DNA of 64,000 nt from Candidatus Omnitrophota bacterium (GTDB taxonomy: Bacteria > Omnitrophota > Gorgyraeia > Gygaellales > Profunditerraquicolaceae): NCBI GenBank assembly GCA_030650425.1, contig JAUSED010000003.1:71903-135902 (forward strand), given 5' to 3'. Shown piece after piece: positions 18,361 through 26,861 of this stretch. The position numbers and the translations under genes are program-made. A model generated the notes under the pieces. It searched no databases. It saw only the letters and a program-made list of their open reading frames with translations, and was not told the origin of the DNA. Positions within the stretch are counted from its first letter, which is position 1; every line of letters starts with the position of its first letter.

Positions 18361-19582
18361 GCCGCACCTGTTTTTTTATTTCTTCGATTACAGATAAGGC
18401 CTCTTTTTGAGTCAAGAAAGTGCTGGTGGTTAAGGTAATATGGTGTTTAGCAATGAGCCGCGCGTTTGGGCAGTCTTGAGCGCCAACCGTATTTCTTAGG
18501 TAATCATAATCCGTGATTGCCGAAAGGTAAATTTGCGATATCCCCAGACCGGAATTCATTAAGCTGTTAAACGCCCGCCGGCGTTTTAATTCGTCGTCGA
18601 AAACTAAAGTTAAATAAGGATAATTTGGCTTGGAATGCTTAAGGCCGGTAATCAATTTTATTCCCGGCAGGTCTTTAAGCTCGGTTATATAAGTGGAAGC
18701 GATTTGCCTTTGCTTGGCGATTTCCCTCTCTATGCGGTTAAACATAACATGGCCAATTTTTTTTCTTATACCAGATACCTTGTGCACGGGAAAGGTAACC
18801 TCGAAATATTCAATAAACGCCTTTTCCATTTTACCCTGCATCTGCCAGAAAATCTGCGGGAGCCTGAAGACAAACCAAAATAGGAGCGGCCGGTAAAAAA
18901 TCCAGTATCCAAATAACTCCAGGATTTTCAGGAGTTCGGCAAGCGGCGCGGTTTTTACAACTCGCTTTATTACACTCTCGATTGCCGGCGCGAATTCAGC
19001 CTTACTTGTGATCACTCCCCCCTCGTAGATAGTCAGGCCTTTACCGCGGCAGAGGCTGTAAAAAGCAAAATCACCGAAGCTGCCGGTTTTTTTGCCCTGG
19101 TACTGGGCCCCCAAACTTTGCGCGCAGTCTTCAATAATGAATATTTTATTTTCCCGGGTTATTTTTTGTATAGCCTGAAAATCCAAAGGTATACCGGCAA
19201 GATGCACGGCTACAATCGCCAGAATGTCGTTATTATTTGAACACATTTCAACTAGTTGATTAATCTGAAAATTGAAGTCATCCTGATTTATATCGCAAAC
19301 CAGGACTTTTAATCCCGCCCTTTGTATGGCTAACGGGATAAGCGGGCAGATAAAAGAAGGGATAATCACGTTTTTCTTAAGGGATAGGCTTTTTAAGGAT
19401 TCTAGTATGATATAGAAAGCAGCTGTGCCGGAATTAGTTACGCTAGCGTAAGTTACGCCTAGATAGTTTTTGAAGTCTTCTTCTAAAGAGCCGGATCGGC
19501 CTCTGTTCAAAAAGGCTAAAAACCAATCTTTAGCATAGATAGGCAGGCCTGCAGTGGGTGGTATCTGGCGAAATAAACTCAT
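18353..19582 (-). CDS. DegT/DnrJ/EryC1/StrS family aminotransferase
   Basis: NSGTAA, VHLAG, IEDCAQSLG, FYSLCRGKGLTIYEGG. Confidence 0.85.
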   Translation of the reverse strand: MSLFRQIPPTAGLPIYAKDWFLAFLNRGRSGSLEEDFKNYLGVTYASVTNSGTAAFYIILESLKSLSLKKNVIIPSFICPLIPLAIQRAGLKVLVCDINQDDFNFQINQLVEMCSNNNDILAIVAVHLAGIPLDFQAIQKITRENKIFIIEDCAQSLGAQYQGKKTGSFGDFAFYSLCRGKGLTIYEGGVITSKAEFAPAIESVIKRVVKTAPLAELLKILELFGYWIFYRPLLFWFVFRLPQIFWQMQGKMEKAFIEYFEVTFPVHKVSGIRKKIGHVMFNRIEREIAKQRQIASTYITELKDLPGIKLITGLKHSKPNYPYLTLVFDDELKRRRAFNSLMNSGLGISQIYLSAITDYDYLRNTVGAQDCPNARLIAKHHITLTTSTFLTQKEALSVIEEIKKQVRLN

Positions 19583-19702
19583 TTCATAAACTCATTTTAT
19601 TTTAGTAATGTTAACTATTCTATGCTAAAATATCCCATATTTCAAGTTACTTAATATGCCCATCTACACCGCGTAGGTGTACGCGGGTTGCGTTAGAGAA
19701 TA

Positions 19703-20125
19703 ATGAATATGTTTAAGAAGAGGCTTACCCTAAAAATATTATTTTTTCTTATCTCTACTGATTTTCTGGAGACATTCACCCACCTCTGTTTCAAAAAAAG
19801 CGCCCTGATTGAAAACGAAGTCGTCATCACCAAAGTATCCGATGCCGTCTCTTTTCTGATGGTTGTTTTTTCATCTCCCTTTTTGTGGGTAGGGCTTTTA
19901 TCCGTGTTAGCGACATTTATTATCTGGTCGAGCTTACTCTCTAAGATTGACTTAAGTGTGGCAGTGCCCATATGCAGTTTTAGCTATATCCTCATCCCTT
20001 TAGCTTCCATTTTTTTCCTGCATGAAAAAGTAAGCCTTTTCAGGTGGTCAGGGGTATTATTCATACTCTTGGGGGTGGTCTTTGTTTCTTTAAGCGCCTC
20101 AGAGAAGGAGCGCAGCCCGGAATGA
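19703..20125 (+). CDS. Half-size EamA/SMR-like protein (ArnE/ArnF-like)
   Basis: Four TM helices, LSKIDLSVAVP, FFLHEKVSLFRWSG. Confidence 0.8.
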   Translation: MNMFKKRLTLKILFFLISTDFLETFTHLCFKKSALIENEVVITKVSDAVSFLMVVFSSPFLWVGLLSVLATFIIWSSLLSKIDLSVAVPICSFSYILIPLASIFFLHEKVSLFRWSGVLFILLGVVFVSLSASEKERSPE

Positions 20126-20502
20126 AACAAGGCTTACCTTTCATTTTATCCCTTATCGCCTTTACCAGCGTCTGCGATACGATCAACCAACTTTTTTTGA
20201 AATCCGCGATAAATTCCCTGCATTCACCCAAAGGTAACATTAGGGCGGTACTAAATTTTATTCTCAAGTTAATTATGGTGCCGCGGGTTTGGGTTAGTTT
20301 TCTCTTTAGCATAATTTCATTGTGTATTTGGCTATTTGTATTGTCTCAGGTAGATTTAAGCTTTGCCTTCTCCGCAGACAGCATGCATTATATCTTTATC
20401 GCGCTTACCTCCAGGTTTATCTTGAAAGAAAAGGTATCTCTTAAACGATGGGTGGGAATAATTCTAATCGTGGCCGGTATAATGATGGTTAGTCTGAGTT
20501 AG
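20122..20502 (+). CDS. Half-size EamA/SMR-like protein (partner subunit)
   Basis: ATGA overlap with the previous gene. LSQVDLSFAF, ILKEKVSLKRWVG. Confidence 0.8.
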   Translation: MKQGLPFILSLIAFTSVCDTINQLFLKSAINSLHSPKGNIRAVLNFILKLIMVPRVWVSFLFSIISLCIWLFVLSQVDLSFAFSADSMHYIFIALTSRFILKEKVSLKRWVGIILIVAGIMMVSLS

Positions 20503-20556
20503 CCCTACGATCCCGCCAGCATTTTCCAGTTATTTACTTTTTTCTTTTATGAAGGT

Positions 20557-21141
20557 TTAAAATTTGTAAGCTATCCCGGTATTTACGGAGTAGCTGTTTA
20601 TTCCGTGATTAGGTTCTTTAATTCCGGAATTAGAAAGGTGGCGCCAGCGGCCTTCTAAGGTAAAGGCGGTATTATTAGTGAAGAAATAATGTATCCCCAG
20701 CGCGGCTTGTTCCGTAAAATTAAACTGGGTGGACTGCTCATCCGTATGCAAGGTCATATAATTTAAGCCTGCGCCTAATTTTACGTAAGGCTCCAGCCTC
20801 CAAGTGTCGGGGAATAATCCCAGTTTAAGCCAGAAGATCGTTCCTGTTTCCAAATTGTTGTGGGGCCTAGAGATGAAGCCGAGGAACGGTTCGATCTGGA
20901 ATTGAAAAATCCCTGAGGGGTTAAAATTTATTTTTGAGGAAAGATTTTTGAGATTGAAATCAAAAGCGGCGCTAAAAGGAATAACATTGTAGTTGGTTTG
21001 GCCTTTAAGTTTCCCCCAGCCAAAACCGGTGAGGAATTCCACGCCTACAAGGCTTTTTTGATTTGTTTCTTCGGCGTGAGGGGTATTTGAGGCAAGAAGA
21101 ATAAACCCTGATATTAGAACCAAAGTTATAATTTTCTTCAT
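20557..21141 (-). CDS. PagL-like acyloxyacyl hydrolase (outer membrane beta-barrel)
   Basis: Signal peptide MKKIIT..., FNFTEQ, RHLSNSGIKEPNHGIN, C-terminal YKF. Confidence 0.82.
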   Translation of the reverse strand: MKKIITLVLISGFILLASNTPHAEETNQKSLVGVEFLTGFGWGKLKGQTNYNVIPFSAAFDFNLKNLSSKINFNPSGIFQFQIEPFLGFISRPHNNLETGTIFWLKLGLFPDTWRLEPYVKLGAGLNYMTLHTDEQSTQFNFTEQAALGIHYFFTNNTAFTLEGRWRHLSNSGIKEPNHGINSYSVNTGIAYKF

Positions 21142-21302
21142 CCATAGAATTATACAAAAATACCGCGCTAAAGCAAGCATTTTTTTCCTCAGTAGAAAAA
21201 AGTCAGAAATAAGGGCAATTAGCCAATACAATTGCTTCTTGGATTTTGGTATATATAAATAATATAACTAGCAGTTGCTTTATTACTTAATAGGAGGAAA
21301 AA

Positions 21303-21404
21303 ATGTTAAAGTGGCTCGGCATAGCATTGATTATTTTGGCCGTCATTATCTTGGTCAAAAAATTCGGCAGCGGTTGTGGCTGCGGTTGTACCCCTAAGAA
21401 ATAA
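21303..21404 (+). CDS. 33-aa membrane peptide with Cys-rich tail (FeoB-associated Cys-rich-like)
   Basis: AGGAGG SD. MLKWLGIALIILAVIILVKKFGSGCGCGCTPKK. Confidence 0.7.
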   Translation: MLKWLGIALIILAVIILVKKFGSGCGCGCTPKK

Positions 21405-21437
21405 AACGGCTAGGAGAAAGAAAAATATATATTTTTC

Positions 21438-21467
21438 TTGACAAATGATACAATTATGGTATCATTT
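21438..21467 (+). promoter_or_regulatory. Promoter overlapped by palindromic operator (putative Rrf2 site)
   Basis: TTGACA-16 nt-TATCAT. Perfect IR AAATGATAC-N7-GTATCATTT at 21443-21467. Confidence 0.75.
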
Positions 21468-21486
21468 TACATTGAGAGGAGGGCAT

Positions 21487-21570
21487 ATGGATGTAACCAT
21501 TAGATACATGATCCGTCCGGTAGCCCACTGTAAAGAGGGCTGCGCTACTGCGTCCCGGGTACGACTTTAA
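21487..21570 (+). CDS. 27-aa putative leader peptide
   Basis: GAGAGGAGG SD. MDVTIRYMIRPVAHCKEGCATASRVRL. Confidence 0.55.
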   Translation: MDVTIRYMIRPVAHCKEGCATASRVRL

Positions 21571-21610
21571 ACTGCCCGCTTATTTAATCCATAATTTTTT
21601 AAGGGGTATA

Positions 21611-22009
21611 ATGAAATTAATCACTAGAAATACGGATTACGCGCTAAGGGCATTATGTTTTATCGCCAAAAGCGATGGTAAGATTATTCCTGTTTCAGGA
21701 CTGGCTCGTGAATTACGGGTCCCGCAGCCGTTCTTAAGGAAAATACTACAGGTATTAAGCAAGAAGCGGATACTGAAGTCTCTTAAGGGTCAGGGCGGCG
21801 GATTTTTGTTAAAGAGGAGCCCGGTAAAGATCTTCTTGCCGGATATAATGCGCATATTTCAAGGTAAATTGAGGTTGAATGAATGTTCTTTAAAGAAGCT
21901 TCTTTGCCCGGAACAGAAGACTTGCCCTTTGAGGAAAAAAATCTCCGGTATTGAACGTTATGTATTAAGAGAACTTAACGCTATCAGCATAGCGTCTTTG
22001 ATAGGTTAA
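21611..22009 (+). CDS. Rrf2 family transcriptional regulator
   Basis: TDYALRAL, LRKILQ, KGQGGGF and three Cys (C-x6-C-x5-C). Confidence 0.92.
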   Translation: MKLITRNTDYALRALCFIAKSDGKIIPVSGLARELRVPQPFLRKILQVLSKKRILKSLKGQGGGFLLKRSPVKIFLPDIMRIFQGKLRLNECSLKKLLCPEQKTCPLRKKISGIERYVLRELNAISIASLIG

Positions 22010-22018
22010 AGGTAAACC

Positions 22019-22846
22019 ATGTCCAAAAGAAAAATTATCAAGATTAACGAAAACAAATGCAATGGCTGCGGCTTGTGTATACCAAACTGCCCGGAAGGCG
22101 CGATTCAAATCATCGATCAGAAAGCGCGTTTAATCAGCGATTTATGCTGCGATGGGCTGGGGGCATGCCTTGGCCATTGTCCGCAAGGAGCAATCACCAT
22201 AGAAGAGAGAGAAGCAGAAGAATATAACGAGAAGAAAGTGATGGAGAATATTGTAAAACAGGGCCCGAATGTGATTAAGGCCCACCTGCATCATCTTAAA
22301 GAACATAGCCAGTCGGCCTACCTAAAGGACGCCCTTGACTATTTAGAAGAAAAAGGGATTCGTAAATCTATAGAGGAGGATATAGAGATTCATGCGCACC
22401 GAGAATGCCCCGGTTCTAGGATAATTGATTTGAGGCCTAAGCAAGTTCCAGCTGGGGCTGAGTGGGCTGTGAAGCTTGAATCCAGGTTGGCTAATTGGCC
22501 GGTGCAGCTTATGCTTGTTCCAGCTTATGCGCCTTATTTAAAGGGTGCCGATATACTTATCGCCGCGGATTGTGTGCCTTTTGCCTATGCTAATTTTCAT
22601 GAAGGACTACTTAAGGGGAAGGTCTTGCTCGTTGGCTGCCCTAAGCTTGACGATGCAGGGATCTATAAGGATAAACTCACCCGGATATTCAAGGAGAATG
22701 AGATCAAGTCTATTAGCTATGCCCATATGGAAGTCCCCTGTTGTTTTGGGCTGGTGAGTATAATTCAATCAGCCATCGATGAATCAGGGAAAAAAGTTCC
22801 TTTTAAGGAGATAGTCATCGCTATAAGCGGAGAGAGATTGAAGTGA
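22019..22846 (+). CDS. 2x[4Fe-4S] ferredoxin-domain protein of hcp clusters
   Basis: CNGCGLCIPNCP, CDGLGACLGHCP, WPVQL, AADC, GCPKLD, MEVPCC. Confidence 0.82.
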   Translation: MSKRKIIKINENKCNGCGLCIPNCPEGAIQIIDQKARLISDLCCDGLGACLGHCPQGAITIEEREAEEYNEKKVMENIVKQGPNVIKAHLHHLKEHSQSAYLKDALDYLEEKGIRKSIEEDIEIHAHRECPGSRIIDLRPKQVPAGAEWAVKLESRLANWPVQLMLVPAYAPYLKGADILIAADCVPFAYANFHEGLLKGKVLLVGCPKLDDAGIYKDKLTRIFKENEIKSISYAHMEVPCCFGLVSIIQSAIDESGKKVPFKEIVIAISGERLK

Positions 22847-23559
22847 TTTATAAATGTCCCGGTCAAGATAAGAGGAATGTTTTGGCAGAAACACTGAGGT
22901 GCCCGGAATGCGGTTACGCGATAGAATTGTTTTCCGACGAGATCAGGGCCAGGTGCCCGCGGTGCAGAAAGGAGACATCGCGAGAAATTTTGCCTACCTG
23001 TATTGACTGGTGTAAGCACGCCAATGAATGCGTGGGAGAGAATATCTATAAGGAGCATTTAAAAAATAAATCTTTGGTTTTGAAAGATAAGCTGCTTAAG
23101 GATTTAGAGGAATATTTCGGAGAAGATCAAAGAAGGATTAATCACGCCAGAAAAGTAATGGATTTTTCCGAAGAGCTGTTGCGTAAGGAAGGAGGGGATT
23201 GGCATATTGTTATTCCGGCGAGTATCCTGCATGACGTTGGGATTAAGCTCGCGGAAAAAAAATACGGTTCATCCGCCGGGCATTACCAGGAGAAGGAAGG
23301 GCCGGAAGTGGCCGCCGGCATACTGCGTAAGGAAAATTTCAAGAGAAAGGATATCGACCAGATATGCAAGATTATCGCCTACCATCATTCTCCCGGTAAG
23401 ATTGAAACAATCAATTTTAAGGTATTATATGACGCGGATTGGTTGGTGAATTTAAAGGATGAAGCCGGGTTGGATGATCAGGAGAAGTTGGGAAAGGTTA
23501 TTGAAAGGGTTTTTCTTACTGAGGCGGGTAAGCAAAAAGCAAAAGAATTGTATCTATAA
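22843..23559 (+). CDS. HD-domain phosphohydrolase with N-terminal Cys-rich ribbon
   Basis: CPGQD, CPECG, CPRC, CIDWC, then H...LHDVG...HH...DAD. Confidence 0.82.
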   Translation: MIYKCPGQDKRNVLAETLRCPECGYAIELFSDEIRARCPRCRKETSREILPTCIDWCKHANECVGENIYKEHLKNKSLVLKDKLLKDLEEYFGEDQRRINHARKVMDFSEELLRKEGGDWHIVIPASILHDVGIKLAEKKYGSSAGHYQEKEGPEVAAGILRKENFKRKDIDQICKIIAYHHSPGKIETINFKVLYDADWLVNLKDEAGLDDQEKLGKVIERVFLTEAGKQKAKELYL

Positions 23560-23573
23560 GGAGGGAGAGGAAA

Positions 23574-24869
23574 ATGAGTATGTTTTGTTATCAGTGCGAA
23601 CAGACAGCAGGAGGAAGCGGTTGCGCAAAATTAGGCGTATGCGGGAAAAACGAAGATATCCAAAGCCTGCAGGATATTCTCTTGTTTGGTTTAAAGGGTA
23701 TTGCTGCTTACGCCTATCATGCCCGGGAGTTAGGCGCCAAATCTGAAGAGGTCGATGCGTTTATGCATGAGGCTTTATTTAAGACCGTAACTAATGTAAG
23801 TTTCGATTTAAATCAGCATCTGGATTTGGTTTTAAAATGCGGGGCAATGAACCTGGTGACCATGGAGATGCTGGATAAGGCGCATACCCAGAGGTTTGGG
23901 GATCCGGTTCCCACGCAAGTTGAAACAGGGACCAAGGTAGGCCCGGGGATTTTAGTTACCGGGCATGATTTGTTGGATTTGTATGAGTTATTAAAACAGA
24001 GCGAGGGAACAGGGGTCAATATTTATACCCATAGCGAGATGCTCCCCGCGCACGGCTATCCGGAATTAAGAAAATTCAAGCATTTGGCCGGTAACTATGG
24101 CGGGGCTTGGCAGGAGCAGAAAAAAGAATTCAATGCTTTTAGCGGCGCGATCTTAGCTACGACTAATTGCGTGTTGATTCCGCCGGAAAATTCTTATCTT
24201 AACCGGCTCTTTACGGTAGGGATTACCGGAATTACCGGGGCAACGCATTTAGCCGGTAGAAACTTTAAGGCCCTGATTGAGAAAGCGAAATCCCTTCCTT
24301 CTTTAGCCCAAGCGCCGGGAAAAAAGATTATCACTGGTTTTCACCATACGGCGATTTTGGGCTTAGCGGATAAAATTGTCAATTTGGTAAAATCCGGGAA
24401 AATCCGGCATTTTTTCTTAATCGGCGGATGCGACGGAGCAAAACCCGGCAGGAATTATTACACGGAATTTGCCGAAAAGGTGCCTAAGGATTGCGTAATT
24501 CTCACCCTTGCCTGCGGTAAATACCGTTTTAACAAGCTCGATTTTGGGGAAATCGAAGGAATCCCGCGGCTTATCGATGTCGGCCAGTGCAATAACGCTT
24601 ATTCGGCAATACAGGTAGCTATTGCTTTAAGTAAGGCCTTTAATTGCGGGGTAAATGAGCTTCCTTTGACTTTAGTGCTCTCTTGGTTTGAGCAAAAAGC
24701 AGTTGCTATCCTGCTTACTTTGTTGTATCTTAATATCAAAGGTATTTACATCGGCCCGACTCCACCGGCGTTTATCTCCAAGAATGTTTTTGGAGTTTTA
24801 CAGGAAAAATTTGATTTGAGATTGATTAGTTCTCCTGACGAAGATCTGAAAAAGATATTCAACAAATAA
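23574..24869 (+). CDS. hcp: Hybrid cluster protein (short, class III type)
   Basis: MFCYQCEQT...C...GVCGK, TGHDL, THSEM, TTNC, GGCDG, LACGKYR, GQCN, SWFEQKA. 431 aa. Confidence 0.93.
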   Translation: MSMFCYQCEQTAGGSGCAKLGVCGKNEDIQSLQDILLFGLKGIAAYAYHARELGAKSEEVDAFMHEALFKTVTNVSFDLNQHLDLVLKCGAMNLVTMEMLDKAHTQRFGDPVPTQVETGTKVGPGILVTGHDLLDLYELLKQSEGTGVNIYTHSEMLPAHGYPELRKFKHLAGNYGGAWQEQKKEFNAFSGAILATTNCVLIPPENSYLNRLFTVGITGITGATHLAGRNFKALIEKAKSLPSLAQAPGKKIITGFHHTAILGLADKIVNLVKSGKIRHFFLIGGCDGAKPGRNYYTEFAEKVPKDCVILTLACGKYRFNKLDFGEIEGIPRLIDVGQCNNAYSAIQVAIALSKAFNCGVNELPLTLVLSWFEQKAVAILLTLLYLNIKGIYIGPTPPAFISKNVFGVLQEKFDLRLISSPDEDLKKIFNK

Positions 24870-24924
24870 CACCCCGCGCTTATAGGAATTGCGCGGGTGT
24901 GCCCTTCTGGGCAAGGAGGTGAAT

Positions 24925-24987
24925 ATGAGCTGCGGAAGATGCGGATCAATGGCCAAGAAGAAAAAGAAAAAAGCTAAGAAGAAGTAG
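24925..24987 (+). CDS. 20-aa CxxC/poly-Lys micro-peptide
   Basis: Perfect SD AAGGAGGTGA. MSCGRCGSMAKKKKKKAKKK. Confidence 0.55.
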   Translation: MSCGRCGSMAKKKKKKAKKK

Positions 24988-25014
24988 CTTAGAAACAGGG
25001 AGAAACAAGGAAAC

Positions 25015-25045
25015 AAGGACCGTTTCCTTTCAGGAAACGGTCCTT
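25015..25045. repeat. GGACCGTTTCC-type palindrome
   Basis: AAGGACCGTTTCCT-ttc-AGGAAACGGTCCTT. Near-identical to 57838-57871. Confidence 0.8.
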
Positions 25046-25103
25046 AAATTCTCAAAGAGAAAATAGCCGCTGTCCCCTAAGAGAGAAGAGAGGGAGGTTC
25101 AAG

Positions 25104-25262
25104 ATGGACAAATATAGATGCACAGTATGCGGTTATATTTATGACCCTGCGCAGGGTGATGCGAGCGCAGCTATTCCCGCAGGTACGCCTTTTGATAAAT
25201 TACCCGCGGATTGGGTCTGTCCGGAGTGTGGAGTAGGTAAAGATATGTTTGAAAAGGTTTGA
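25104..25262 (+). CDS. Rubredoxin
   Basis: [22 protein letters not shown]...[17 protein letters not shown] (52 aa), missed by the ORF track. Confidence 0.96.
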   Translation: MDKYRCTVCGYIYDPAQGDASAAIPAGTPFDKLPADWVCPECGVGKDMFEKV

Positions 25263-25275
25263 AGAGAGGTAAATT

Positions 25276-26127
25276 ATGCTGTCAAAAATAACCTTTAAAG
25301 CTAACCCGCTTACTTTAGTGGGCAGACAGATAGATACCGGAAGCATCGCTCCTGATTTCAGGGTCGTTGACAAAGATCTCAATGAAGCAGGATTAGTTGA
25401 TTTCAAGGGTAAAATTAAGTTAATCAGTTCTTTTCCGTCGATAGATACGCCTGTCTGCGACTTACAGGTCAAGGAATTCAATAAAAAAGCTGCCAGTTTA
25501 TCCGCTGACATAGTGGTCATAGGGATAAGCAAAGACCTCCCCTTTGCCCAAAGCCGGTTTTGTTCTCTCAACGAAATTAAAAACGAGGTTATCTTTTCAG
25601 ATTACAAATATTCATCCTTTGGGATTAATTACGGATTGTTGATCAAAGAACTAAACCTGTTGGCCCGTTCAGTGTTAATTATAGATAAAAACGATATACT
25701 AAGGTATTTTAAGATTGTCCCGGAATTAACCCAAGCTGTGGATTATCAGGAGGCGTTGGGTAATCTAGAGGCAGTTCTCAAAAGCCCTAACTTGATCGAT
25801 AAGCAAGGTAAAGTCATCCGCTGTATTCCTTGTGAAGGCGTAGTTCCGGCCCTAGCTAGGGCAGAGATTGAGAAAGCGCTCTCCGGGCTCCCGGGATGGG
25901 AGGTAATCGAAGATAAAAAAATAACTAAAGAATTTAAGTTTAAAGATTTTATCGAGGCCAAATACTTTCTAGACTTGGTTGCGCTGATCGCCGAAGAGCA
26001 GGGACATCATCCCACACTGACTTTAATTTATAACAAACTGAAGATTACGCTTACCACACACGCCGCAGGCGGCCTTACCGCGAACGACTTTATTATGGCT
26101 GGGATAATTGATAGATTAAGCGCTTAA
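25276..26127 (+). CDS. tpx: Thiol peroxidase fused to pterin-4a-carbinolamine dehydratase domain
   Basis: N-terminal PSIDTPVC, SKDLPFAQSRFC, LLARSV. C-terminal CIPCEG, FKFKDF, EEQGHHP, THAAGGLTANDF. Confidence 0.85.
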   Translation: MLSKITFKANPLTLVGRQIDTGSIAPDFRVVDKDLNEAGLVDFKGKIKLISSFPSIDTPVCDLQVKEFNKKAASLSADIVVIGISKDLPFAQSRFCSLNEIKNEVIFSDYKYSSFGINYGLLIKELNLLARSVLIIDKNDILRYFKIVPELTQAVDYQEALGNLEAVLKSPNLIDKQGKVIRCIPCEGVVPALARAEIEKALSGLPGWEVIEDKKITKEFKFKDFIEAKYFLDLVALIAEEQGHHPTLTLIYNKLKITLTTHAAGGLTANDFIMAGIIDRLSA

Positions 26128-26832
26128 ATGACTAAAGATTTAATGGTGAGAGTTAAGGAAGTCATCCCAAGGACTTATAATGTTAAAAGTATCCGTTTTG
26201 ATCTTGGGGTAGAGTTTGATTTCAAAGCCGGGCAATTTCTTTCTCTAACACTTCAAAATAATCCGGCGTTAAAAAGATACCTTTCCATATCCAGCTCGCC
26301 CACGGAAAAATGCTACTTAGAGGTAACCAAGAAAATTACCGGCAGCGATTTTTCCAAAACGCTTGGTCAGCTTAAAACCGGGGATACCGTCACTATTCAG
26401 TATCCTTTCGGTAAATTTATTTTAGAAGAGCAAGAGAAAAGAATAGCATTTTTGTCCGGAGGCATAGGGATTACGCCGATAAGAAGCATAGCCAAATATG
26501 CCGTAGATAAAAATTTAGGTGTGGATATGGCCTTAATTTATGCCAACCGTTCGCTAAAAGATATCGTCTTTAAAGAAGATTTTGACGCGATGCAAAAAAT
26601 CTACCCTAAATTAAAGGTTAGTCATGTGCTTTGCGAAGCGGATCCGGGGTTTAAATGTATACCCGGTTTAATCAATGCCCAGGTGATTAAAAACGAAGTG
26701 AGCGATTATGCGCGAAGAAAGTTTTATCTCTGCGGCCCGCCAGCAATGGTAGAGGCGATGGGTAAGATATTGACTGAAGAATTAGGGTTAGATAAAAAAA
26801 ATATTATTACCGAGAATTTTCAAGGTTATTAG
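26128..26832 (+). CDS. FAD/NAD(P)H ferredoxin-reductase family oxidoreductase
   Basis: FKAGQF, RYLSISS, GGIGITP, CGPPAM, ENF. Confidence 0.88.
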   Translation: MTKDLMVRVKEVIPRTYNVKSIRFDLGVEFDFKAGQFLSLTLQNNPALKRYLSISSSPTEKCYLEVTKKITGSDFSKTLGQLKTGDTVTIQYPFGKFILEEQEKRIAFLSGGIGITPIRSIAKYAVDKNLGVDMALIYANRSLKDIVFKEDFDAMQKIYPKLKVSHVLCEADPGFKCIPGLINAQVIKNEVSDYARRKFYLCGPPAMVEAMGKILTEELGLDKKNIITENFQGY

Positions 26833-26861
26833 CCTGTTTCATAAGCAGGCGGGGAGGCGCT

